A stretch of 64,000 nucleotides of DNA. Origin: Eledone cirrhosa. Lineage: Eukaryota. The stretch's first letter is position 1. Every line of letters begins with the position of its first letter. A program made the translations under genes and the position numbers. The notes beneath the pieces are model-generated. The model saw only the letters and a list, made by a program, of their open reading frames with translations, made no database searches and was not told the DNA's origin. The stretch spans positions 206,770,001 through 206,834,000 of the forward strand of contig OZ024741.1 in the NCBI GenBank assembly GCA_964016885.1, in the 5' to 3' direction. Shown here in pieces: positions 1-13,218 of this stretch.

Positions 1-399
1 TTCCATTTGGCACTTGTGTGGCATTATCACCACGCTGTAGACGAACACAAATAAACAAACAAACACACAGGCATAAAAAAACCCAAAAATGAATAAGCAT
101 AAGTTTCATTGTAATGTAGTGTTCGAATGTCTGACTTAGTTTTTCCTTTCTCTTCTCTGTCCATCCGCTTGTTTCTCTCTTCATTCTTATTTTCTTTACG
201 TTTTTTTTTGTTTTTTTTGTTTTTTTGCTTTTTTTTGTTTTTTGTTTTTGTTTTTCTCTGTTTGTTTTTCTTGTTTTTTGCTGTTGTTGCTGTGCTGTTT
301 TGGTTTTGATGTTTGTTTTTTCTTTTTTCTTTTGAGTCTATCTATATATTTTGATGCCTTCCTCTTTTTTAGTAAGAATTCTATAATGTGGTGGCAGCA

Positions 400-1168
400 A
401 CTAGCAGAAGCAATGGGAGACAGTAGCGGCGGTAGCGATACTGAGACAGTGGTGGTGGTGATGTCGATACCGAGACAGTGGTGGTGGTGATGTGATCGTA
501 TTATTGTAGTGATGGTGTTGTAGCGGTGTGAGCAATGAAGGAGTGGTGGGGGCGGTGATGGTGGGATAGTGGTAGTAATGATGGCAGCAGTGATGGTGTT
601 GTTGTAGCGGTGGTAGCAATGAAGGACTGATGTCCGTTCGGTGAATCTATGGGGTTAGTCGCGTATATGTGTGTTGACCTAAATTCCCTTAATGTTGGGA
701 TTAAACAGTTTGTTAAGACTTGGGACAATAATAATAGTATTTATTATTATCCTTATTATGTTAAGATTGGTTGTGGTGGTGGTGAAATTGCCGTTATCTG
801 GCTGTTGTGTTTAGTGTACACAGAGAGGTGATGGGGTAGGTGGTGTATCTAGTTTCTGGTGTTGGTGAGATTGGTGTTGTTTGGCTGTTCTATATAGTGT
901 AGACAGAGGAGGAGGGGGGGGGTCTTCTTCCATTTATAGCCATTTTCTGTTTTGAATATACAATGTACAATACAAAGTTGAATATTTGAATATTTGAGCC
1001 TTATAACAATATATTTTGGGTCCGAATTTTTTTGGGGCTCAAGCCGGGTGCTTTACGTAGCATTTGTACTAAGAGTTGTTATTTCACAAATGATTTAAAT
1101 ATGTTAAAAATTCAAAACTTACGGGAGCGATTTCATGACCTTCTACCACCTCGTGCGTCTTCTTCCCT
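400..1168 (-). mobile_element. 5' leader of a Dong-like unit (partial; continues out of window or diverges left of ~400)
   Basis: Homologous to 5480-5954 and 10350-10920, including the terminal AGGGAAGAAGACGCACGAGGTGGTAGAA on the minus strand, next to (TAA)n. Confidence 0.7.
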
Positions 1169-1196
1169 TTATTATTATTATTATTATTATTACAGT

Positions 1197-4100
1197 TGCA
1201 TTTATCTTGCTTTATGTTCATACGAGTTATCACCAAGTCACAACCAGTGACCTCAAGAGACAACAAGGTCCGCCATGTTCAAGAAAGAACATACATATTC
1301 ACACATGCATCTTTAGTGTTTAGACTTGTGATGTACTTATATTGACAGAATCTTCCTTAGTATATGGGCAGTTCCCATTAATACTATCTTTTATATTTCC
1401 CCTATACGCGGGTTTCCTGGGATTTGCGATATGTAATCATTAGACCCCTTAGGTATCATTCCCAGAGCGCCTACAACCACTGGTATTGTTTTAGTTCTCA
1501 ATTTCCACATTTTTCCAATTTCTATCTCCAGGTCCTTATACTTGCTCAATTTTTCAAATGTTTTTATAGATACATTCTTGTCTATTGGAACAGACATATC
1601 AATTAGCAGGCATACCCTCTTTTGAAAGACTTTCAATATTATATCAGGTCTGTTTGCATCTATTTTTCGGTCTGTTTGGATGCTAAAGTTCCACAAGATT
1701 GAGATGTGATCTTTTTCAAGTATGGGAGGTGGTTGATGCTCCCACCAATTCTTTTGATGGGGCAGGTCAAAATGCTTACACATTATCCAATGTATGTATT
1801 GTGCAGCTCTGTCATGCCTGTTTAGGTATTCGGTTGGAGCTATAGGACTGCACATTGAAATTATATGGTCAATGGTCTCTGGTTGTTTTTTGCATACACG
1901 GCATATGGGCTGCACCCATTTTTTATTATGTTGGCTTGGTAATTTTTTGTTGGAGGACACTGATCTTGTGCCGATATAATCAGTCCTTCAGTCTCCGATT
2001 TCAGTCCAGAGGATGCCAACCACTGATGGGTTAAAGTTTTGTCAACATCAGGATTGTTAGCTCGCTCTGGGTATTTTCCATACAGAGGCTTTTCTTGCCA
2101 TTTCTTAGCCAGTTTCTGTAGCAGTTCTTTCTTTCCAGTTACTTTTACCTGCTTTGCTTTTTCTGTGTTTTCCATTTCAGCAGTAAATGGGACTTCTGAA
2201 ATTTGTAGTCCATTACTGTATCTTTGTGCATCTTTTGTAATGGAATATGATCTTTTGATGCTTTCGTGTTTCAAAACGAGTTTGATCATCCAATCATGTG
2301 ATTCCCTTAGATATGTAGATAATGCAATTGTTGCAGTTTTCAACGCAATGTCTAACTGGATTAACCCACGTCCTCCTTCTTTCCTAGGGAGATATATTCT
2401 ATCTATATCTGCCTTAGGGTGATGCATTCCGTGCATGGTTAAGAATTTTCGAATTTTTGTATTGAGCCTACGGATCTCTGTGCTTGACCAGTTGATGACA
2501 TTGTATGGCAAGCGTGTTTATGGCATCGATCCTATTCCTTGCATTCAATTCCGTTCTTAAGATTGCGCTTACTCTGCGGTAACATTCCTTCCTTATCCTT
2601 TCCCTCATTGTCGATTGTTTGATTCCGTCTCCTTCACAAACACCTAGATATTTGTAAGTTTTTTCTTGATCAAGTTCTCTTATCACGTTCCCCCGATCAA
2701 GATTAATGTCTGAACTCTTCAGCAGCTTTCCTCTGGTGAACGTTGCTTTGGAGCATTTATCTAGTCCAAACTCCATTTTAATGTCATCACTGAACTGCTC
2801 CACAGTGGATAATAGCCCTTGCAATTGTTCATCATTTTTTGCAAATAGTTTCACGTCATCCATGTAGAACAGGTGATTAATGGTTTTGTCATAGACTTTA
2901 TATCCATGTTTTGTTTCATTGAGCATTTTACTTAATGGTATAAGTGCGATGCAGAATAAAAGCGGTGATAAAGAGTCACCCTGAAAAATTCCACAATTAA
3001 TATTAACTTCTCCAGCTTCCAGTGATTTTGTTCCACTATTCAAAAGGAGTGTCGTTTTCCATGTCTTCATACTGAATGACAGAAACCTCCTGACAACGGG
3101 GGATATTTTGAAAATCTCTAAACATTTTTCAATCCAACTGTATCGAATGCTTTTTTATAATCTATCCAAGCAATCGAATGATTTTTGTGTCTATTATAAC
3201 AATCTTCCAGTATCATTTTGTTAACCAGAAGCTGATCCTTACAGCCATATGGGCATCGTTTACACCCTTTCTGCTCAATGGGAAATAGGTCATTTGTTAT
3301 CAGGTGGTCATATGTGTATTCAGTTAGGACTGATGTTAAAATTTTATACATTGTGGTCAAGCAAGTTATCGGTCTGTAATTTTTGGGATTGTTTGTCTCA
3401 TCATTCTTCGGAAGCAGGAATGTAATGCCGTTAACTAGCCATGATGGTATCTTTTCTGGCTCCTTAACTATTTCATTGTAAAGTTGGGCTAACAGCTCTT
3501 GAGACTCTGTGAAGGCATTTATCCAAAAGTTTTGTATTTTGTCTTTTCCTGGGGATTTCCATTTGCTGGTTTTTCTTAGAGCCAAGCGCCACTGTTCAAC
3601 TGTTATATTTTTCCCATATTTGTTCCTCAAGGTGAGCTGTATCTTTCATTTGTCTGTTTATCCATGGGACATGTATGTTATGAACTTTTTCTTCGGCCCA
3701 GATCTTTTCCTAGAATTCTTGCACTTCCTCCTTGATTTAGCAGTTATTGTTGACTTACCAATTTTTCTGTAGAAGTTTCTTTGGTTGTTTTTGAACATAT
3801 TATTGTCCTTATAGAATCTAGATCGTTTTTCAAAGCGCCTTATACGAGCAGCTTTGGCCGACACTTTTTGCTTGATTATTTCTATCAGCATGTCTATGTC
3901 ACATGTTGATTTTATACTGTACTTTTTTTTCAATTTTCTAAGTTTAGTTTGTTTAACATGTTCACCTACTTTATAGTTTGTTAAAATTTCTATGTCAGAT
4001 CGGAGAAGGTTTATTTGGCGATTGATGTTCTCTTGCCAAGTAGATTTCTTGTGGGAATTCTTTTGTTTTTTCATCTTCATTCCACATAAGTGAGTGGCGA

Positions 4101-5954
4101 CTTTAGCCAATGCATAATAGAGATGATTGAAATCAGTAATGTTTAGTTTGACTGTGATGATAATGTTTTTGAGAATTATGTTAGTCTTGTGTATTATCTT
4201 TTGGTTCTGTTTGGAGTTCTGGATCTTAGGGAGGGTGTCTCGTTGCCCCATGTCAGATTCTTTCATTTTCATCCATTCGATCATAATTTCATCCTTCAAG
4301 TTGGCAAGTTCATTCTCATTCATTTCTTTATCATTTACGATCTCATTATTTTCATTTGGAGTTTCATCCTGAGCATGCACTCCCTCCACTTTTTCGATCC
4401 TTTCTTTAATTTGTTCTGTTGCCAGTGATTCCGCCCCAACCCTGGGATTCGAAGTGTTACAGTTTACCTCGTTTTCACTGACACATGTTTCATTTTCCCT
4501 TCGCTGACTTTGTGCTAATAGCTTGATCTGATCAATTTCTATATCAGTTAGTATAATTTTTCTTACAATATTTCTTCGTATATTCGCTAGTTTGTTACTG
4601 TCAATATAGCCTCTGTTTTCGGCATGTTTCTTTTTTTTCAGTTGATATATGTCTGTTCTGTATTCGATGTATTTGATGGGTAGTACATGGCAGTGTAGAA
4701 AGCCTCAAGGACTTCTTTATTATCTTCCCTTGACAATTTTTCTCTCTTTTTCTTTGGATTTCTTGGTGGTGAGCATGGAGGGCCAACAGTAGGAGTATTC
4801 CGGTTATGGGAGGTCTCCAGCTCCGAAGTGATGGGAAGGTTTGAACCATTAGCTGATTTTTCGACCCCAGTCTGGTTCCTCTCTGAGGGACGCGGCCCTT
4901 TTTTACTCGGGTGACGGCTGATCCGGTATGAGATTTTATCAATAGACATTTACTTTATTTTGTCGCGTTTTATCCTTATCCGCCAAGGAGTAATCATTTT
5001 GTGTTACCACTTCTAGAACGAGTGTCAACCAAGACTAGAGGGGTCGTTCTCCCCTAGAGACACGGCTATTCCCCGCCGGCCGCCATCCCGGTATTTCTTG
5101 GTGACGGGGGTTTTCTTTTTGTTGTTTTTTTAAATTGTTATTATCATGAGTGGTTCCTTAATGTGAGCATTGCGTGGCTTAAGAATGAAATTATTAATAA
5201 TTGTCTCCACTCCAGGCACAAGGCCAGCAATCACCCAGTGCATTACAATAATATAATATACTTTTTGCTGTAGTTGCCTGTTATTGTTGCTGGCTACGTC
5301 GGTGGTGGTGCCGGGGCTTTTTATATTGTTGGTGAGGAAGGGGTGAGCCAGCAGTCTCATAGTTGTTGATGTTGACGTTTGGCCGGTGGCCAGGTCACTA
5401 AGTCAATCCATTTATATCTTTTGCTAGCCTCTCCCTTGTCTAGTGATACCGCCACCTTCCCCTTTCTCTCTCAAGTTAACAGGGGAATAGTGGTGGTAGC
5501 AATGAAGGAGTGGTGGCGGCGGCGATGGGATAGTGGTAGCAAGATGATGGATTGGCTGGTGGCGGCGGTGGCGTTGTGGTTACTGGGTTTTGTGATATGT
5601 AGTATCTATGAGTTTGTGTTCGTATATTTAGTGTGATGGGATAGGTGGTGTATCAAGTTTCTGGTGTTGGTGAAATTGCTGTTATTTGGCTGTTCTATAT
5701 AGTGTAGACAGAGGGTGTTTTCTTCCATTTATAACCATTTTCTTTTTTTTAATATAAAATATATAATACAAAATTAAATATTTGAGTGATATAACAATAT
5801 AATATGGATCCGAAATTTTATGGGACTTCATTCGGTGGTTTATGCAACATTTGTACTAAGAATTGTTATTTCACAATTGATTTAAATATGTTAAAAATCA
5901 AAAACTTACGGGAGCGATTTCATGACCTTCTACCACCTCGTGCGTCTTCTTCCC
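1197..5954 (-). mobile_element. R4/Dong-clade non-LTR retrotransposon, copy A (full length, disrupted ORF)
   Basis: RT motifs (NYRPITC, WIDYKKAFD, GIFQGDSLSPLLF, YMDD), CCHC finger (CRVC...ETIDHIISMC), RHD and PD..D restriction-like endonuclease; flanked by (TTA)n at 1169-1192 and 5955-5998. Confidence 0.92.
1339..4949 (-). pseudogene. RT + RLE ORF of Dong copy A, broken into about six frames
   Basis: Consecutive ORF pieces 4638-4949, 3658-4389, 3118-3630, 2468-3070, 1861-2511 and 1391-1960 are collinear with copy B. Confidence 0.9.
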
Positions 5955-5998
<44 letters not shown>

Positions 5999-8900
5999 TG
6001 CATTTATCTTGCTTTATGTTTATACGAGTTATCACCAAGTCACAACCAGTGACCTCAAGAGACAACAAGGTCCGCCATGTTCAAGAAAGAACACACATAT
6101 TCACACATGCATCCTTAGTGTTTAGACTTGTGATGTACTTATATTGACAGGATCTTCCTTAGTATATGGGCAGTTCCCATTAGTACTATCTTTTGTATTT
6201 CTCCTATACGCGGGTTTCCTGGGATTTGCGATAAGTAGTCGTTAGGTATCATTCCCAGAGCGCCTACAACCACTGGTATTGTTTTAGTTCTCAATTTCCA
6301 CATTTTTACAATTTCTATCTCCAGGTCCTTATACTTGCTCAATTTTTCAAATGTTTTTATAGATACATTCTTGTCTATTGGAACAGACATATCAATTAGC
6401 AGGCATACCCTCCTTTGAAAGTCCTTCAATATTATATCAGGTCTATTTGCATCTATTTTTCGGTCTGTTTGGATGCTAAAGTTCCACAAGATTGAGATGT
6501 GATCTTTTTCAAGTATGGGAGGTGGTTGATGCTCCCACCAATTCTTTTGATGGGGCAGGTCAAAATGCTTACACATTATCCAATGTATGTATTGTGCAGC
6601 TCTGTCATGCCTGTTTAGGTATTCGGTTGGAGCTATAGGACTGCACATTGAAATTATATGGTCAATGGTCTCTGGTTGTTTTTTGCATACACGGCATAAT
6701 GGGCTGCACCCATTTTTTATTATGTTGGCTTGGTAATTTTTTGTTGGCAGACACTGATCTTGTGCGGATATAATCAGTCCTTCAGTCTCAGATTTCAGTC
6801 CAGAGGATGCCAACCACTGATGGGTTAAAGTTTTGTCAAAATCAGGATTGTTAGCTCGCTCTGGGTATTTTCCATACAGAGGCTTTTCTTGCCATTTCTT
6901 AGCCAGTTTCTGTAGCAGTTCTTTCTTTGCAGTTACTTTTACCTGCTTTGCTTTTTCTGTGTTTTCCATTTCAGCAGTAAATGGGACTTCTGAAATTTGT
7001 AGTCCATTACTGTATCTTTGTGCATCTTTTGTAATGGAATATGATCTTTTGGTGCTTTCGTGTTTCAAAACGAGTTTGATCATCCAATCATGTGATTCCC
7101 TTAGATATGTGGATAATCCAATTGTTGCAGTTTTCAACGCAATGTCTAACTGGATTAACCCACGTCCTCCTTCTTTCCTAGGGAGATATATTCTATCTAT
7201 GTCTGCCTTAGGGTGATGCATTCTGTGCATGGTTAAGAATTTTCGGATTTTTGTATCGAGCCTACGGATCTCTGTGCTTGACCAGTTGATGACATTGTAA
7301 CTATAGGTTACTACTGGTATGGCAAGCGTGTTTATGGCATCGATCCTATTCCTTGCATTCAATTCCGTTCTTAAGATTGCTCTGACTCTGCGGTAACATT
7401 CCTTCCTTATCCTTTCCCTCATTGTCGAGTGCTAGATTCCATCTCCTTCTCAAACACCTAGATATTTGTAAGTTTGTTCTTGATCAAGCTCTCTTATCAC
7501 GTTCCCCCGATCAAGATTAATGTCTGAACTCTTCAGCAGCTTTCCTCTGGTGAACGTTGCTTTGGCGCATTTATCCAGTCCAAACTCCATTTTAATGTCA
7601 TCACTGAACTGCTTCACAGTGGATAATAGCCTTTGCAATTGTTCATCATTTTTTGCGAATAGTTTCAGGTCATCCATGTAGAACAGGTGATTAATGGTTT
7701 TGTCATAGACTCTATATCCATGTTTTGTTTCATTGAGCATTTTACTTAATGGTATAAGTGCGATGCAGAATAAAAGCGGTGATAAAGAGTCACCCTGAAA
7801 AATTCCACAATTAATGTTAACTTCTCCAGCTTCCAGTGATTTTGTTCCACTATTCAAAAGGAGTGTCGTTCTCCATGTCCTCATACTGAATGACAAAAAC
7901 CTCCTGACAACGGGGGATATTTTGAAAATCTCTAAACATTTTTCAATCCAACTGTGTGGCAAACTATCAAATGCTTTTTTATAATCTATCCAAGCAATCG
8001 ATAGATTTTTGTGTCTATTATGACAATCTTCCAGTATCATTTTGTTAACCAGAAGCTGATCCTTACAGCCATATGAGCCTCGTTTACACCCTTTCTGCTC
8101 AATGGGAAATAGGTCATTTGTTATCAGGTGGTCATATGTGTATTCAGTTAGGACTGATGTTAAAATTTTATACATTGTGGTCAAGCAGGTTATCGGTCTG
8201 TAATTTTTGGGATTGTTTGTCTCATCATTCTTCGGTAGCAGGAATGTAATGCCGTTAACTAGCCATGATGGTATCTTTTCTGGCTCCTTAACTATTTCAT
8301 TGTAAAGTTGGGCTCATGAGACTCTGTGAAGGCATTTATCCAAAAGTTGGGCTCATGAGACTCTGTGAAGGCATTTATCCAAAAGTTTTGTATTTTGTCT
8401 TTTCCTGGGGATTTCCATTTGCTGGTTTTTCTTAGAGCCAAGCGCAGCTGTTCAACTGTTATATTTTCCCATGTTTGTTCTTCAAGGTGAGCTGTTTCTT
8501 TCATTTGTCTGTCTATCCATGGGACATGTATGTTATGAACTTTTTCTTCGGCCCAGATCTTTTCCCAGAATTCTTGCACTTCCTCCTTGGGTGGTATTGA
8601 TTTAGCAGTTATTGTTGACTTACCAATTTTTCTGTAGAAGTTTCTTTGGTTGTTTTTGAACATATTATTGTCCTTATAGAATCTAGATCGTTTTTCAAAG
8701 CGCCTTATACGAGCAGCTTTGGCCGACACTTTTTGCTTGATTGTTTCTATCAGCATGTCTATGTCACATGTTGATCTTATACTGTACTTTTTTTTCAATT
8801 TTCTAAGTTTAGTTTGTTTAACATGTTCACCTACTTTATAGTTTGTTAAAATTTCTATGTCAGATCGGAGAAGGTTTATTTGGCGATTGATGTTATCTTG

Positions 8901-10920
8901 CCAAGTAGATTTCTTGTGGGAATTCCTTTGTTTTTTCATCTACACTCCACATAAGTGAGTGGTGACTTTAGCCGATGCATAATAGAGATGATTTAAGTCA
9001 CTAATGTTTATTTTGTTTGTGATGATAATGTTTTTGAGAATTATGTTAGTCTTGTGTATTATCTTTTGGTTCTGTTTGGAGTTCTGGATCTTAGGGAGGG
9101 TGTCTCGTTCCCCCATGTCAGATTCTTTCATTTTCATCCATTCGATCATAATTTCATCCTTCAAGTTGGCAAGTTCATTCTCATTCATTTCTTTATCATT
9201 TACGATCTCATTATTTTCATTTGGAGTTTCATCCTGAGCATGCACTCCCTCCACTTTTTAGCTCCTTTCTTTAATTTGTTCTGTTGCCAGTGATTCCGCC
9301 CCAACTCTGGGATTCGAAGTGTTACAGTTTACCTCGTTTTCACTGACACATGCTTCATTTTCCCTTCGCTGACTTTGTGCTACTAGCTTGATCTGATCAA
9401 TTTCTATATCAGTTAGTAACTTTTTTCTTACAATATTTCTTCGTATATTGGCTAGTTTGTTACTGTCAATATAGCCTCTGTTTTCGGGATGTTTCTTTTT
9501 CCAGTTGATATATGTTTGCTCTGTATTCGATGTATTTGACGGGTAGTACATGGCAGTGTAGAAAGCCTCAAGGACTTCTTTATTATCTTCCCTTGACCAT
9601 TTTTCTCTCTTTTTCTTTGGATTTCTTGGTGGTGAGCATGGAGGGCCAACAGTAGGAGTATTCCGGTTATGGGAGGTCTCCAGCTCCGAAGTGATGGGAA
9701 GGTTTGAACCATTAGCTGATTTTTCGACCCCAGTCTGGTTTCTCTCTGAGGGACGCGGCCCTTTTTTACCCGGGTGACGGCCGATCCGGTATGAGATTTC
9801 ATCATTAGACATCTACTTTATTTTGTCGCGTTTTATCCTTATCCGCCAAGGGGTAATCTTTTCGTGTTACCACTTCTAGAACGAGTGTCAACCAAGACTA
9901 GAGGGGTCGTTCTCCCCTAGAGACATGGCTATTCCCCGCCGGCCGCCATCCCGGTATTTCTTGGTTACGGGGTTTTCTTTTTGTTGTTTTTTTTAAATTG
10001 TTATTATCATGAGTGGTTCCTTAATGTGAGCATTGCGTGGCTTAAGAATGAAATTATTAATAATTGTCTCCACTCCAGGGACAAGGCCAGCAATCACCCA
10101 GTGCATTACAATAATATAATATACTTTTTGTTGTAGTTGGCTGTTATTGCTGCTGGCTATGTCGGTGGTGGTGCCGGGGCTTTTTATATTGTTGGTGAGG
10201 AAGGGGTGAGCCAGCAGTCCCATAATTGTTGATGTAGACGTTTGTCCGTGGCAAGGTCACCAAGTCAATCTATTTATATCTTTTGCTAGCCTCTCTCTTG
10301 TCTAGTGCTACCACCACCTTCCCTTTTCTCTCTCAAGTTAACAGGGGAATAGTGTCAGTAGCATTGAATGAGTGGTGGCGGCGATGATGGATGTGGTGGG
10401 GCGGTGGCAGCGGTGGTGTTGTGGTTACTGATATAGTATCTATGAGTTTGTGTTCGTATGTTTAATATATATTTTCATTATATTTTGTGCTGACATATTC
10501 CCGTAAAATTTGAATTAAACATTTTTTAAAATTTGAGACAATAATAATAGTAATTATTATTAATATGCCGGTGAAGTTGCCGTTATATTTAGTGTGATGG
10601 GATAGGTAGTGTATCAAGTTTCTGGTGTTGGTGAAATTGAAATTGCCGCTGTTCTATATAGTGTAGACAGAGGGTGTTTTGTTCCATTTATAACCATTTT
10701 CTTTTTTTGAATACAAAATATATAATACAAAATTGAATATTTGAGCGATACAACAATATAATATGGATCCGAAACTTTATGGGACCTCATTCGGTGCCTT
10801 TATGCAACATTTGTGCTAAGAATTGTTCTTTCACAATTGATTTAAATATGTTAAAAATCAAAAAACTTACGGGAGCAATTTCGTGACGTTCTACCACCTC
10901 GTGCGTCTTCTTCCCTATCC
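5999..10920 (-). mobile_element. R4/Dong-clade non-LTR retrotransposon, copy B (full length, disrupted ORF)
   Basis: Highly similar to copy A, with the same termini, flanked by (TTA)n on both sides. Confidence 0.92.
6139..9812 (-). pseudogene. RT + RLE ORF of Dong copy B (about 1200 codons; stops, frameshifts, and a ~39-bp tandem duplication near 8306-8383)
   Basis: ORF pieces 9258-9812, 8940-9254, 8292-8939, 7450-8184 (YMDD) and 6139-7422 (CCHC, PDI..D, EKLSKY). Confidence 0.9.

Positions 10921-10964
<44 letters not shown>
10921..10964. repeat. (TTA)n target microsatellite at the head-to-head Dong/Tx1 junction
   Basis: Pure TTA run; same motif at 1169-1192, 5955-5998, 16871-16909 and 22697-22749. 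Confidence 0.98.
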
Positions 10965-11487
10965 GGCGACCTACGTAGGAAATCGTATTATCGTGAGCTC
11001 CGCAAAGGTTTGTTATTTCCGTTTGTTTAAAAATTGCCATTTATGGAAAATTTTATTGTAAACTGTTTATAAGCACACATACATTGTTTTCCGAAAAGGA
11101 CACCCAAAAAGATTGGGGCCTTGTGCCCAAAATTTTAACTTTTATTATTATCCAAATTTTTTCTTTGAAAAAAAATGGCTAATTCCCCTCTGCACGAAGC
11201 AGCTGAAAGCCTTCCTCACAAAATAACACCTCACACCGACACCACCATTGTAAATGTTACTACGTTTGCCAACACAAAAAAAAATATAAGCAGTAGCAAT
11301 ATTTTAAATTTGTCTCAGGCAGACATTCATTTCCCGCCATTACCAATGACTGCAGGTGTTAAAGCCTCCACCACCACCACCACCGCGACAACCACCACCA
11401 CCACCGCGACAACCACCACCACCACCACCACCACCGCGACAACAGAAACAAAAGAAGAAAAAAAATAAATTAACTCGTGACGTCGAA

Positions 11488-13184
11488 ATGAAATCAAGCA
11501 AAATGGACTCTTCCCCACCAAAGACGACTGACGTCACCACCACCACAACTGAAAATAAAATTAATATTAACGATAGCAACAACAACAACAATGATATTAT
11601 AAAACCGACCCTCAGTTTCGCCATCGTAGCAAAACAATTCGAAGCGTTCACGGTAACTCAAGAAGATTTAGAAAATGCCAAACAAATGGTAAAGAAAGAT
11701 GGGTACAGGGTCAGCCTCACCCCCCACCTAATAAAATGGAGCATCGGCGCCTGTGCACCGTGTCGTATAGAACAATAAATGTAAAATCGCGCCGAGTGGA
11801 ACGGGCATCCGAGTCCCAAATCCAAAAAGCTTTGGGACATGTGTGGGCAAGAAAAACCCACATCAGACGTGGGCAAAAGTATGGAACCGTGGATGTGTTC
11901 TTTGAAACACCAGAGGAGGCTAGAGAACACTCCATGGCCCCATTAAAAAGTGACGACCTCACACTCGTCCCAAGCTATTGTGGCCAGAGACTCGTAAAGA
12001 TCAGGGTGACCCACGTTCCACCGGCCATCGAAATTCCCTGGCTAATAGCGGCTGTCCTCGCCGGCATCGAAGCCAACACGAAAATAATAGCAGTAGCAAA
12101 AGAAAAGCAGGAAAACTGGTCCGGATCTGGGATGGAGCTCCTGATCCAAGCGGACCAAAAAAGCATTGAGGAGATCCCAGAGGTAATAGACCTCAACGAC
12201 GGCAGCCACCTCACGGTAATTGTCGAGGGCAGAAGACCTAGGTGTGTCGTTTGTGGTGAAGGAACCCACCTAAGAGCTTTCTGCCCTCAGGCTAAAAGGT
12301 TGAGGCCACCTCTCCTACCCACCCCAGTGACACAACCATCAACACCACCAGTAGCAGAAATGGCAGCAACAACTGTAGCAGCAACAACAGAAGCAACTAT
12401 AACAGCAACAACCCCAGCAACAGTAGCAAAACCAACACCACTACCACCACCAGCAAAACCAACACCACCACCACCCAACGCTTCAGAACTAGCACCAGCG
12501 CCTACACCATCCACCACACCACAACCAAAACTAACGGCTGTGGAGGATTTTCCACTCCCCGGCCTATCACAACTGGAGACAGATTGTGACGACGAGGAGT
12601 GGGAAACGATATCCGGAAAAAAAAAAAGAAACCAAAAAAGAAAAAATTCTCTTCCTTCCCCATCCAAAAACAAAATACAGAGGGAAACAAATAAACTAAG
12701 AAACAAAAAGGTTAGGACAGATATGCCACCATCCACACCAGCATCACCAACCCCATCAACCCAAACACCAAACCCATCACCATCATTATCCCCAGCACCA
12801 CCATCACCTACACCACAAAAGTCACCAAAAAGCGAAACAGAAACAAACCCACAACAAACGCAAACAAAACAAAACAACCAAAACGATACACACTACACAG
12901 CATTAAATTTGAACAACAAGCAATTATTACACTACATCCAACACAACACCAGCATCACAGAAAAAGACTACACAACAACCCCAAAATTCACACCACCTCC
13001 ACACATACAAATCACTCGCATCACACAGAAAACGTACATGACACTAAAACAAAAATTCCCCAAAGACATCGGAGATTTCCGACAAGCACTCTCCAGGAGG
13101 ATTTATAAGGACATCCTTCCTGAGGAGGCCACAAGCAGTGAAAAGGATGGAAAAGCCGTCCTTCCCCTACGAGAAGTAAGGTAA
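11488..13184 (+). pseudogene. Tx1 ORF1 (gag-like, CCHC zinc knuckle, Pro/Thr-rich tail); 1-nt frameshift near 11720
   Basis: CVVCGEGTHLRAFC = C-x2-C-x4-H-x4-C; copy 2 reads through the frameshift position in one frame (RLTPPPNKMKHRRL). Confidence 0.85.
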
Positions 13185-13218
13185 GTGGTCTTTCCCATCT
13201 TTTCCACTCCTTTTCAAC

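Noticed and set aside
127-490. Phe-rich membrane-protein-like ORFs
   Set aside because: T-rich low-complexity tract
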